The position numbers and the translations under genes are program-made. Of a stretch of 64,000 bases of DNA, positions 49,048 through 58,832 are shown in pieces. The stretch is from positions 63,293-127,292 of the forward strand of contig CBDDUX010000007.1 in the NCBI GenBank assembly GCA_965234725.1, read 5' to 3'. Under the pieces are notes generated by a model that saw only the letters and a program-made list of their open reading frames with translations, searched no databases and was not told the origin of the DNA. The stretch's first letter is position 1. Every line of letters starts with the position of its first letter. Source of the stretch: Thermoplasmatota archaeon (GTDB lineage: Archaea; Thermoplasmatota; Penumbrarchaeia; Penumbrarchaeales; Penumbrarchaeaceae).

Positions 49048-52000
49048 ATGACCAGACCATTGCTGGTAATAATGATCATAATGATGATGGCAGCCTCCTC
49101 TGTGCCGATACTTGGCACATTTGAGGCTTCCGAATCGACAGAGGACGGCTACGGTTATCGGTATGTAGATAGTGAGGAACCCGGGCCAATGGTAGATTAC
49201 GGGTACATCGATATCAGGAACGACCCTGATGTCAAGGGCTGGGACACCTCGCAGGTCCAAGCATTGATCTATGCCGACTTGGGATTCTCCTTCAATTATT
49301 ACGGCACGAGTTATTCCAAAGTATATGTTTCATCCTTTTGCGCGATGTCATTCGTAGAATCCAATCCCAATGCTTTCTATTATACTTACTATAATAAGGA
49401 CATGCCATCCACCCAGTCCCCCAGAGGTTTAATTGCAGTCTATTTCGCTTCTTACTATTGTTACGAAACCACCACACAGTACAGACTCCTCACTCTCCAG
49501 ACAGAGATAGACGGGGAGAAGGTCTTCATTGCTGAATGGAACCCCACAAGCGGTGGTAAGTTCCAGGCACTTCTCTATGAAGGCGGTATGATAAAATTTC
49601 AGTACGAACAAATTCCAGGCACTGGCGGAACCATCGGTTCTTATGTGAACATAGGAATAGAGAACCCTGCAGGAACCATAGGTACAGTGCTTACGAATTA
49701 CCAATATTACCAGTCTGACCTCTTTTCCCTCCCATACGCCATCGCCTTTGTACTTGACAAGATCGAGATCAAGGACCTGGAGTTCAAGAACGGTGACGGA
49801 CGGTGGGGAGACACCGTTTATGCAGGGTCCAAACCATATCTATTCGAGGTTGAAACGAAGCATTCCAAGGGTGCCGATGATATGCTCAGCATCCTCCTGA
49901 CACTGGGTTCCAGAGCTGGTCAGGAGAATATCAAGCTTATTTATTTCCACAGGAACAATACATTCTCCCAGCTCTCTGGGAGACAGATGGCAAGTATCAT
50001 TCCGGAGGATTGCATCTTCAATGCCAACGGCGACTATCTTACAGTGGAGTTTGCCGTTGATTTCCTGATGGAATACCCAAGTCAGGAAATGAGGAATGTG
50101 ACAGCCAAGGCATCTGGAAGGTCTGCAGTCCCAGACATTTTAGATGCAGGTGAATTATACTGGGTGGAGACAGAGGTCGAATGGGATCCAGCAAGCCTGA
50201 CCGCATTCAGAGTATCCGATCGGAGAGTTCTGGCTGAATCGGCCTATGTTGCAGGTGGAGAATCCATAGGCTTTGGAGGATTCAGGGTCGTCTATCAGGA
50301 TTCTGATATACAGCCTTCTCCAACCAAATTCAGTGTAAGGATCACCGATAATTATGGTACGTTCAAGAATGCCTATATCAAGCAAGGTTCGGGTCTCGAT
50401 GTCACCTGGAGGTCCGTTGAGGATGATTCCATCAAGATGACATGGACCTTTGATATGATCGGTTTTCCTGAGTTCTCAATGCTATCAGAATCATTTCAGT
50501 TCTCTTTGAACGTTGACACCTCTTCTCCAGATGAGGTAGGGGGATTTCTCATCCGTCCTGATTCCAAGACCGATACTCCAAGTACATATGATAATGACAG
50601 GAGCATATTTGTAGACTGGGAGGAAGTGGAGGACGGAGGCTCCGGAATGGGTGAGTATATAATAAGGGCAGAGATGCCTTCCGAGGGTTTCCAGTTGGAG
50701 AAGAAGGTCCCATCTACGGTCAATATAACAGAAATTGGAAACGAGTTCGGAAAAGAGCTTCCGGAAGGCGAAGTGAATATTTCTGTACTGCCTGTTGATT
50801 ATGTGGGAAATATCGGACCCGCGATCTGGATGCATGTAATGATCGACCTTACAGGGCCTGAATTCCAAATTGTCGATCCACTTCCTGGACAGTGGACATT
50901 GAGTACTACCCCGGACGTCAGGATCAAGCTCAAGGACAGACTGACAGGTGTAGAGGGAGAATCCGTCAATTACAGAGTGTCAAGGGATGGGGGGTACACC
51001 TTCGATGACTGGTCAAGCTTCTATTACTTCGGAAGCGACACCGAGGTAGAACGGACGATCGAACCCTCCCTCTGGGAAGGAAAGGACAACATACTTGAGA
51101 TCAGGGGCACTGACGTTGCAGGGTCCGAGGAGGTATTCTCGGATAAGATCCCAATATGGGTGGACGCGAGGGCACCCATGATCACAATGAGCGAACCCAG
51201 TGTCGATGATAACGGGACCACCGTGGAATGGCTCAGGAATATCAAGGAACCTTTGAGGATAAAGATACATGATTGGAAAGGATCCGGAGTGGAAGAAGAT
51301 TCGATCTCATACAAGATCTCAACTGATGGAGGGAAAACCTTCTCTACCGACATCTCACTGCTTGGTGAGGGATACAACAATTCACAGGGATACTTTGAGT
51401 ATGCCTTCTCCATAAGACAGGAATGGAAGCAGGGTAATGACAATCTGCTGACCATCGAAGCAAAGGACATGGTGGGCAGGAGAGCCAACGCAACATTCCA
51501 GATCAGGTTCGATGTGATCCCGACAATATCCCTTATTTCACCTACACCCTTGATGGACCTGACGGACAACCGTTCTATCAGGTTCCTCCTTGATGTCGAT
51601 GACCCTGACGGTGAGGAAGATATCACCGTTACCTGGATGTCGAACATCGACGGATTGGTGGCAACGGGAACAGAAGCTGAGGTATTCCTCTCCCCGGGTG
51701 AACACATCATTCTAATCACAGTTGAAGACGGGATCCATTCAGTGAAAGAAACCTTCAGCATCAACGTCAGAGCTTCGATCCTGGACGACCCCAGGTTCAA
51801 GGACTCCGACAATGATGGTATGAACGATAGTTACGAGAAGGCATACGGTTTGAATCCTCTGGCCGATGATTCGGATAGGGACCTTGATGGGGATGGGCAT
51901 ACCAATCTGGAGGAGTATTACGCCGGAACCGACCCTACGGATAAAGGGCATTTTCCCGGATCGGAGATAACTGAGGAGAAATTCCCATGGATCCCACTTC

Positions 52001-52185
52001 TCCTGGTGATCCTTGCGCTGGTCCTTTTCGGATTGGCGGGATTCCTTCTTGCAAAGGAGGTCAGCAAGGGAAGGACGAACTATGGTCCACCCCCAATGAT
52101 AGCGCCCCCCCTCTCACAAGCAAGCTTCCCTCCATCCGGAACAACGCGCAGACCTGACCAGTATCTGCCTCCACCCAGCAGGTAA
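49048..52185 (+). CDS. Large anchored surface protein (NIDO-like head, Ig-like stalk, TSP3-like, TM, Pro-rich tail)
   Basis: Signal peptide; LGFSFNYYGTSY...FQALLYEGGMIKFQY; WMSNIDG...LSPGEHIILITVED; DNDGMNDSYE; TM. Confidence 0.8.
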   Translation: MTRPLLVIMIIMMMAASSVPILGTFEASESTEDGYGYRYVDSEEPGPMVDYGYIDIRNDPDVKGWDTSQVQALIYADLGFSFNYYGTSYSKVYVSSFCAMSFVESNPNAFYYTYYNKDMPSTQSPRGLIAVYFASYYCYETTTQYRLLTLQTEIDGEKVFIAEWNPTSGGKFQALLYEGGMIKFQYEQIPGTGGTIGSYVNIGIENPAGTIGTVLTNYQYYQSDLFSLPYAIAFVLDKIEIKDLEFKNGDGRWGDTVYAGSKPYLFEVETKHSKGADDMLSILLTLGSRAGQENIKLIYFHRNNTFSQLSGRQMASIIPEDCIFNANGDYLTVEFAVDFLMEYPSQEMRNVTAKASGRSAVPDILDAGELYWVETEVEWDPASLTAFRVSDRRVLAESAYVAGGESIGFGGFRVVYQDSDIQPSPTKFSVRITDNYGTFKNAYIKQGSGLDVTWRSVEDDSIKMTWTFDMIGFPEFSMLSESFQFSLNVDTSSPDEVGGFLIRPDSKTDTPSTYDNDRSIFVDWEEVEDGGSGMGEYIIRAEMPSEGFQLEKKVPSTVNITEIGNEFGKELPEGEVNISVLPVDYVGNIGPAIWMHVMIDLTGPEFQIVDPLPGQWTLSTTPDVRIKLKDRLTGVEGESVNYRVSRDGGYTFDDWSSFYYFGSDTEVERTIEPSLWEGKDNILEIRGTDVAGSEEVFSDKIPIWVDARAPMITMSEPSVDDNGTTVEWLRNIKEPLRIKIHDWKGSGVEEDSISYKISTDGGKTFSTDISLLGEGYNNSQGYFEYAFSIRQEWKQGNDNLLTIEAKDMVGRRANATFQIRFDVIPTISLISPTPLMDLTDNRSIRFLLDVDDPDGEEDITVTWMSNIDGLVATGTEAEVFLSPGEHIILITVEDGIHSVKETFSINVRASILDDPRFKDSDNDGMNDSYEKAYGLNPLADDSDRDLDGDGHTNLEEYYAGTDPTDKGHFPGSEITEEKFPWIPLLLVILALVLFGLAGFLLAKEVSKGRTNYGPPPMIAPPLSQASFPPSGTTRRPDQYLPPPSR

Positions 52186-52190
52186 GAGGT

Positions 52191-52799
52191 TCAGTGGCGC
52201 CTTTCCTCTACCCTCTTGGAGTAAACTCTTCTGACATTCCTTGCCTGTACGGGAGAGCCTTCCCTGTAAACCATGTTCTTTGGTGTCTTGATCTTGGTGA
52301 CGACCACTTTCGTCCTGCCGAACTCAAGTAGGTCACCAACTGCGAACTCCTCTTCAGGAGCAGCTTGCAGGATCTCGGATTTTGTATTGGGACCTTCAAC
52401 GATGGCCACTTTAATGATGACGGTGTCGTAGAGCTTGAACCAGATGCAGGAAACACTTGAGGCTTCGGCCTTGTCCACCCTGCGGTTATTCGATTCTATC
52501 GCAGTGACCAGGAGATTGTGATCGTCCCACATCAATTCGTCGCCAACCTCGATTATCTCCTTTGGGAAAAGTTCGATGGTCCGTTTTTCGGACCTTCCTC
52601 TATCTGAAACTATGGTCTGGACAATTATGGGTTTCTCCATATCGATGTGGGCAGAATGGATATTCCTGCATGGTACACATTGGACCGTTCCATCGAAACC
52701 AGACTCCATCGTAGGACCCAGTCTACCTCTGAGTATCCTATGAGGTGTCTCCTCCTCGCATCCCTCACAGTAAAGGTAAATGATGGTCCCTTCTGTCAT
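52191..52799 (-). CDS. HVO_0476-family archaeal zinc-finger protein
   Basis: CEGC...HRIL...CVPCRNIH, then duplicated VGD...VTAIE and VGD...VTKIK units. Confidence 0.8.
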   Translation of the reverse strand: MTEGTIIYLYCEGCEEETPHRILRGRLGPTMESGFDGTVQCVPCRNIHSAHIDMEKPIIVQTIVSDRGRSEKRTIELFPKEIIEVGDELMWDDHNLLVTAIESNNRRVDKAEASSVSCIWFKLYDTVIIKVAIVEGPNTKSEILQAAPEEEFAVGDLLEFGRTKVVVTKIKTPKNMVYREGSPVQARNVRRVYSKRVEERRH

Positions 52800-52875
52800 G
52801 CTCCCGGCAGTAAAGGTGGCGATATTTAAAATATTTCATGAGAAAGGTTTTACATCGAACAACATATGGCACTCT

Positions 52876-53670
52876 ATGCCTGGACTCGATGGGCTTATTA
52901 ACACCATGAAAAAAAAAGGTCGTGCAGCTGTTGCTTTTTCCGGAGGGGTTGACAGCTCACTTGTTGCTCTGGCAGCAATGAAGGCTTTCGAGGGTGATAC
53001 TATAGGGATCATGGTCTTCAACGATACAATCCCGAGCTCAGACATCAATAGCGCTGAGATCGTAGCATCAGAGATCGGTCTGGACCTAATGATCATCGAA
53101 GTTGATGTCCTTGAAAATGAGGAGTTCACCGAGAATGATCCTGATAGGTGTGCGATATGCAGGAAAATGATCATGCCAGAGGTAATAAAGGAAGCCGAGA
53201 GAAGAGGGTTCGACCAAGTATTTGACGGTGCCAACCGAGATGATCTTATGGATCACCGACCCGGCCATGCTGTTTCCTCCTCGCTGGGTATAATTCACCC
53301 GTTAATTGAAACAGACCTTGGGAAGGAAGAGATCAGGGCGATACTAAAAGCTGAAGGGCTCGATGTCCATCGTAGACCCTCCTCTCCCTGTCTTGCGACA
53401 AGAATACCATACGGTCAGAGTGTAACAATTGAAAAGCTCAAATTGATTGATCACCTTGAAGAAAAGGTGAAAACCCTTGGATTCGTTGATGTCCGGGTGA
53501 GGCTCCATGAGAATAATTATGGGACCTTCACAGCTATCCTGGAGGTCGATGATCCAGAAAAAGCCATTAAGGTATGGGACAAGATACTCCTCCTATCCGG
53601 AAAGCTTCCCATATCCCTGGACCCTAAAGGTTACAGACAAGGATCAATGAACGAGGTCCTTCTCCCATAA
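52876..53670 (+). CDS. larE: LarE-family ATP-dependent sulfur transferase
   Basis: AFSGGVDS PP-loop, NDPDRCAIC, DGAN.DD..DHRPG, PSSPCLATRIPYG, VRVRLH. Confidence 0.88.
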   Translation: MPGLDGLINTMKKKGRAAVAFSGGVDSSLVALAAMKAFEGDTIGIMVFNDTIPSSDINSAEIVASEIGLDLMIIEVDVLENEEFTENDPDRCAICRKMIMPEVIKEAERRGFDQVFDGANRDDLMDHRPGHAVSSSLGIIHPLIETDLGKEEIRAILKAEGLDVHRRPSSPCLATRIPYGQSVTIEKLKLIDHLEEKVKTLGFVDVRVRLHENNYGTFTAILEVDDPEKAIKVWDKILLLSGKLPISLDPKGYRQGSMNEVLLP

Positions 53671-53744
53671 GGTTTATATCAAACCCCCCGTTTCCCCCAT
53701 TCCAAACCGCCCATTCCAGTATATGCGGTCAGAAGGTGTAATCG

Positions 53745-53906
53745 ATGTTGACCCGCTTCGAGAAGGCAAGGATCCTCGGGGCCAGGACACTCCAGCTTAG
53801 TCTTGGAGCACCCCCCCTGGTCCAATCGACAGAGGTTGATCCTCTGAGGATCGCCCAGAGAGAGATGGACCAGGGCGTCATACCCCTGACCGTGAAAAGG
53901 GACTAG
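53745..53906 (+). CDS. rpoK: DNA-directed RNA polymerase subunit K/Rpo6 (53 aa, not in ORF track)
   Basis: Hand translation [26 protein letters not shown]...DPLRIAQRE...IPLTVKR. Confidence 0.96.
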   Translation: MLTRFEKARILGARTLQLSLGAPPLVQSTEVDPLRIAQREMDQGVIPLTVKRD

Positions 53907-53917
53907 GAGTTGAACAG

Positions 53918-54532
53918 ATGAGCGATATTCAGAATGCCAAGGACCTACTTATCGAAGAGGATGTATACCTTACATCGGGAGTCCATATCGGCACGCAACA
54001 GAAGAGCGCGGATATGAAGGACTTCATATTCAAGGTCAGGTCCGACGGACTGTATGTACTGAACATAAAGAAGACCGATGAAAGGATCAAGGTCGCCGCC
54101 CAGATGTTGTCCCGATTTTCCCCCGAAGATATCCTTGTTGTATCGGCCAGGCAGTACGGCCAGAGGCCAGTTAGAGAGTTCTCCAACAAGCTTGGATGCG
54201 GGGCCTTCCCCGGAAGGTTCGTTCCTGGAACACTTACCAATCCATCCCTTGATGTATACGTGGAACCGAGAGTCCTCGTGGTCACCGACCCGGCTGCTGA
54301 TCAGCAGGCCTTGAAAGAGGCTGTCAAATCGGGAATACCCGTTATTGGTCTATGCGATGCCAATAACGAAACGAAGTATGTTGACCTCGTGATCCCTGCG
54401 AACAACAAGGGAAGAAGGTCCCTTGCTCTGGTCTATTGGCTCCTTACAAGAGAGGTCCTAAAGGCCAATGGGACCTTCAGCAGCAACTCAGACTTCAAGG
54501 AAGAGGTCAAGGATTTCGAAGCAACCCTCTGA
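53918..54532 (+). CDS. rps2: 30S ribosomal protein S2
   Basis: [35 protein letters not shown]. Confidence 0.98.
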   Translation: MSDIQNAKDLLIEEDVYLTSGVHIGTQQKSADMKDFIFKVRSDGLYVLNIKKTDERIKVAAQMLSRFSPEDILVVSARQYGQRPVREFSNKLGCGAFPGRFVPGTLTNPSLDVYVEPRVLVVTDPAADQQALKEAVKSGIPVIGLCDANNETKYVDLVIPANNKGRRSLALVYWLLTREVLKANGTFSSNSDFKEEVKDFEATL

Positions 54533-54574
54533 GCTTGCGAAAGAGTTATTGTCTCTCCAAGCGATCGCTTCCCT

Positions 54575-55459
54575 ATGAGGGAACCCGCAGTGGCCGGCAT
54601 GTTCTACCCCGGGTCAGAGAAGGCCCTGAAGAAAGAACTTAAAGATTGTTTTATGAGGGGACCCGGTAGATCAAAACCAGGGAATGGAAGTAAGGTCAAA
54701 GGTATCATATCACCCCACGCAGGTTACACATATTCAGGACCCACAGCAGCTTTTGGATTCCTGGCTATGGCTGATGGTGGCCTTCCTCAAACAGCAGTTA
54801 TCATAGGTCCAAATCATTCAGGGCTTGGAAAGAGGATCGGTGTCTCTATGGAGGATATGAGAACTCCAATGGGAGTTGTTAAGGTCGACAGTGAGCTCGC
54901 CTCATCCATGGAAGAACATCATGATGAGCTGTCCCATCTTAGGGAACATTCCATGGAGGTACAGCTTCCCTTCATCAGTTTCTTTGATATTAATATCAAA
55001 CAGGTTTGCATCTCCATGGGTCATCCCCATAGGGGAGGACCATGGTCATCCGAGGAGGAAGCCGAGCTCCAACATGCGAGAGTGGTTTCGGATATGATAG
55101 TGAATGCAGTAAAGAACACCGGAAGGGATGTTGGTATCATCGCCTCTTCAGATTTCACACACTGCGGTCCCAACTACGGTTTGCCCATACCTTCCGGTCT
55201 CAATGCGGGACAATATGCCAGATCACTTGACCTACCTGTTATTGACCTTCTTGTCAAAGGAGACATCGAGGGAGCTCTGAAAAAAAAGAGGGAACTTGGT
55301 ACCACCGCTTGTGGAATGGGTCCTATTACCGCTATGATGCTAGCAGTTAAGGAGCTCGAAAGGACCGAAACACATCTGTTGGATTACAGAACATCCTATG
55401 ATGTTTCTCCTTCCCACAGCGCAGTAGGATATGCATCCATTGTCCTTTACAAAAGATGA
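54575..55459 (+). CDS. MEMO1-family protein
   Basis: REPAVAGMFYP, PHAGYTYSG, GPNH, EHSMEVQLPF, ASSDFTH, CGMGP. Confidence 0.93.
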   Translation: MREPAVAGMFYPGSEKALKKELKDCFMRGPGRSKPGNGSKVKGIISPHAGYTYSGPTAAFGFLAMADGGLPQTAVIIGPNHSGLGKRIGVSMEDMRTPMGVVKVDSELASSMEEHHDELSHLREHSMEVQLPFISFFDINIKQVCISMGHPHRGGPWSSEEEAELQHARVVSDMIVNAVKNTGRDVGIIASSDFTHCGPNYGLPIPSGLNAGQYARSLDLPVIDLLVKGDIEGALKKKRELGTTACGMGPITAMMLAVKELERTETHLLDYRTSYDVSPSHSAVGYASIVLYKR

Positions 55460-55518
55460 GTTCATCTCCGGCTTACAATTAAAATAGAATGACCCTTTTC
55501 TCAGCCCGGAGGCAGGGA

Positions 55519-56820
55519 ATGGAAATTTCTGTGATCGGCTGCGGATATGTTGGTCTGACCACTGGCCTGGCATTGGCCGAGCTTGGCAACAGGGTGGTTC
55601 TCGTTGATGTGATCCCGGAGAAATTGAAGGTTATCGAAGAAAAGAGGTCCCCCTTCTACGAACCTGGCATCGAACCCATGCTTGAAAAACATGTTTCTTC
55701 AGGTGCAATAACAACATCCATGGATGTTGTAGAGGCTGTTGAAAGGACTGAGATCACCTTCATTGCTGTTGGAACACCATCAAGGAACGATGGCTCTATG
55801 GATGACAGTTATATCAGGTCAGCCTCCCGTGAGATCGCTGAAGCGATTAAGGGAAAAGATGAGTTCCATGTGGTGGTAATGAAATCCACAGTGGTCCCCG
55901 GGACCACTGACAACCTTATATTCCCCATGATCAAGGATATTACCGGATCTACTGACAGGTTCGGCCTTGCAATGTGCCCTGAATTCCTTAGAGAGGGTGC
56001 GGCCATGCATGACAGTCTGAATCCGGATAGGGTAGTTATTGGAACCCGGGATGACAGGGCATTCTCTATCCTTAAGAAGCTCTTTGACCCACTGGGGTCC
56101 AAGATCCTCAGGACAACTCCAACAGCTGCAGAGATGATCAAATACACTTCCAATTCTCTCCTGGCCACAAAGATATCCTTTGCAAATGAGATCTCCAGGA
56201 TCTGCGAAGATGTGGGTGTGGATGTCTACGAGATAATGGAGGGAGTCGGTCTTGATTTCAGGATCTCACCTCATTTTCTCAGGGCTGGTGTGGGTTTTGG
56301 AGGTTCGTGTTTTCCAAAGGACGTTTCCGCTCTAAGGCATATTGCAAAGTCACGCGGATTATCCACTCCGATTCTGGATGGAGTTATGGAGAACAATGAT
56401 ATCCAGCCTGTTCATCTTGTAGACATTGCCGAAAGGACCTTGAATGGATTGAAAGGAAGGAGAGCCCTTGTCCTGGGACTTTCATTCAAACCCGATACTG
56501 ATGATATTAGATCCACTAGGTCCCTTCCGGTGGTGAAGGAACTCCTTGAGCGGGGAGCTTCCGTTGGAGGTCATGATCCTAAAGCAGAGGAGAATTTCAA
56601 GATCGAGGCTCCTGATATCGAATACTTTGATAACCTTGATGATGCCCTTCAATGGGCGGATACCATATTCCTGATGACAGAATGGCCTGAATACAAGTTG
56701 ATAGACTGGTCATCACTGGATGGTGTTGAGGCTGTTTTCGATGGAAGAAGGACCGTGGATCCAGGTTCCCTGGAAGGAAAGAGATACTGGTCCATGGGAA
56801 CCTCTCTTCCCGGACCTTGA
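55519..56820 (+). CDS. ugd: UDP-glucose/GDP-mannose dehydrogenase family protein
   Basis: GCGYVG, KSTVVPGT, PEFLREG, GFGGSCFPKD, GLSFKPDTDD. Confidence 0.93.
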   Translation: MEISVIGCGYVGLTTGLALAELGNRVVLVDVIPEKLKVIEEKRSPFYEPGIEPMLEKHVSSGAITTSMDVVEAVERTEITFIAVGTPSRNDGSMDDSYIRSASREIAEAIKGKDEFHVVVMKSTVVPGTTDNLIFPMIKDITGSTDRFGLAMCPEFLREGAAMHDSLNPDRVVIGTRDDRAFSILKKLFDPLGSKILRTTPTAAEMIKYTSNSLLATKISFANEISRICEDVGVDVYEIMEGVGLDFRISPHFLRAGVGFGGSCFPKDVSALRHIAKSRGLSTPILDGVMENNDIQPVHLVDIAERTLNGLKGRRALVLGLSFKPDTDDIRSTRSLPVVKELLERGASVGGHDPKAEENFKIEAPDIEYFDNLDDALQWADTIFLMTEWPEYKLIDWSSLDGVEAVFDGRRTVDPGSLEGKRYWSMGTSLPGP

Positions 56821-56835
56821 GCGGAGAGTGACCTC

Positions 56836-57864
56836 TTGAAATGGAAGGACCGATTTAAGGATGCGGCATATATCGGACTCGGTCTCTTCCTTATCGGGAT
56901 GCTTCTCTTAAGGGCCGATGTAACGGATACCTTCGACTCTATGGCGGGAATCGATCCCTCCATTCTCGGATTGGTGCTCCTGCTCTATGTAATGAACACA
57001 AGCACCAAGGTCCTTAGATGGTTCGCGATCGTTAGAGGTATGGGTGTGAGGAGGGCTGGATGGATCATACTTCCCATCTTCCTCTCCTCTCTAGCTTTAA
57101 ACAACTCTACACCTGGCAAGGTTGGAGGTGAACCTGTGAGGGCCCTTATGTTAAAGGAACATACTGGCACTGGTATCTCCAAAGGTATCGCTTCAATATT
57201 TGCCGAGAAATCCCTGGATATTCTAATGATATTGTTCCTGTCGGTGATCGGACTTCTTTACCTTGTCCTGGAACTGGGTTTCAAGAATGTGGAAGGGATG
57301 GTCTACGGAATTGCAGTAGGGGGCCTGATCATGGTAATTCTTATAGGCTTCCTTTTTTCACGGAGGGCATCAGGTCTGATGTCCCGGATCATCATGAAAT
57401 TGGCGGAAAGAGCCTCCGGAAATAATGAAACTTCTGTGATGATCAAGCTTGCAGTCAAGGTCCAGGGATCGATAGATAAATTCCAGGATTCCCTGGGGAT
57501 CCTGAAAAGGAACAGGTTCTCATCGGCAGCTGCAATTATGCTTACGCTTGCTATCTGGATCAATGAGGCCTTGAGGTTATACCTTATTGTCGGGGCCCTG
57601 CCCGGAGATCATTACATAACCTTCCTCGGGGCAGTTTCAGCGATCTCGATAGCGAACATCTTGGGATTCATACTTCCCATAGGAAGTGGTAATGTGATCG
57701 GTGGTGCATCTGTTCTGGTCCTGTTGACCGGTGAAGAACTTTTATCTACGGCAGCCTCCATCACCGCTGTGGCTACATCCATATGGATATCTATCCCCCT
57801 TGGCCTAATTTCCATCTTCTACCTTAGGAAAAGGTCCAGGACTGATAGGAAGGTGGCGAGATAA
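56836..57864 (+). CDS. LPG-synthase-TM / flippase-like membrane protein
   Basis: RW...NNSTPGKVGGEPVRA...EKSLD motif; many TM segments. Confidence 0.85.
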   Translation: MKWKDRFKDAAYIGLGLFLIGMLLLRADVTDTFDSMAGIDPSILGLVLLLYVMNTSTKVLRWFAIVRGMGVRRAGWIILPIFLSSLALNNSTPGKVGGEPVRALMLKEHTGTGISKGIASIFAEKSLDILMILFLSVIGLLYLVLELGFKNVEGMVYGIAVGGLIMVILIGFLFSRRASGLMSRIIMKLAERASGNNETSVMIKLAVKVQGSIDKFQDSLGILKRNRFSSAAAIMLTLAIWINEALRLYLIVGALPGDHYITFLGAVSAISIANILGFILPIGSGNVIGGASVLVLLTGEELLSTAASITAVATSIWISIPLGLISIFYLRKRSRTDRKVAR

Positions 57865-58709
57865 TGAGCCCCGAAGTAACAACGGTCCTGCTCCTGTTCA
57901 ATGAGAAGGACAATGTCGAACCCCTGACAAGGGATATTATCAACGTTTACAGAAAGAATTCCATAGACGGAGAGGTCCTCCTTGGTGATGATGGTTCTTC
58001 CGATGGAACTGGAGCAGTGTGCGATTCCCTGGCAGATGAGTTAGAAAACGTCAGGGTCTTCCATCACAGGGCGGATCCAGCTCACGGACATCCAGTGGAC
58101 AACTGGAACAGGGCCTGGACGATCCTTCACGGTTTCCAGAAGGCAAAGGGGGAGATAGTCATCATCATGGATGGCGACAGACAGTATGAACCAAAGGAGA
58201 TACCCCTCTTCCTGGAGAAGATGAAGGAAGGCTGGGATGTTGTCTCCGGATGGAGACATAAGCGTGCTGACAACTGGTGGAGAAGACTCCAGTCAAGGAC
58301 CTACAATAGGATCTTCATTTCCGGATTCTTCGGCCTGGAGATCAAGGACCAGAATTCAGGTTTCAAGGCTTTCAGAAGGGATCTTGCCCTCAGGATGCCC
58401 TTCGATCCCCACGGATACAAAGGCATACACAGGTTCATATTACCCATAGCTTATGTCACAGGTGCAACGATAACAGAGGTCCCCATAGAACATTATGACA
58501 GACCTGCAGGCAAATCCTATATCAAGACCACTACAGTTCCATTCATTTTCCTATCAGATCTGATCTTCAGGTTCAGGAGAAGGTTCTCCGGAGATATCAG
58601 AAAGATGAAAAAGATCAAAAGAAAGCTAGGAAGGATGCCCTCACCCTCCGATAGGCAAGTTATTGAGGAAACTTTTGGAAGACCTCAATTCCAACAGCCT
58701 AAATGCTGA
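57864..58709 (+). CDS. GT2 glycosyltransferase, polyprenol-phosphate sugar synthase-like
   Basis: FNEKDN, DDGSSDGT, MDGDRQ, DVVSGWR, DQNSGFKAFRR. Confidence 0.92.
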   Translation: MSPEVTTVLLLFNEKDNVEPLTRDIINVYRKNSIDGEVLLGDDGSSDGTGAVCDSLADELENVRVFHHRADPAHGHPVDNWNRAWTILHGFQKAKGEIVIIMDGDRQYEPKEIPLFLEKMKEGWDVVSGWRHKRADNWWRRLQSRTYNRIFISGFFGLEIKDQNSGFKAFRRDLALRMPFDPHGYKGIHRFILPIAYVTGATITEVPIEHYDRPAGKSYIKTTTVPFIFLSDLIFRFRRRFSGDIRKMKKIKRKLGRMPSPSDRQVIEETFGRPQFQQPKC

Positions 58710-58832
58710 TCATTTATATATTAGGAAAAAATTTTCATATAACATTTAAATATATCTTCCCTGTGTTTTTCTTATGTTATAATAGTGAAAGTATCCGTTT
58801 GAAGATACTTCGATGCAAATAGAGGTGAAAAA

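Noticed and set aside
52876-53670. LarE as evidence of a lactate racemase cofactor operon
   Set aside because: No larA, larB or larC in the window; scattered lar genes are common in archaea.
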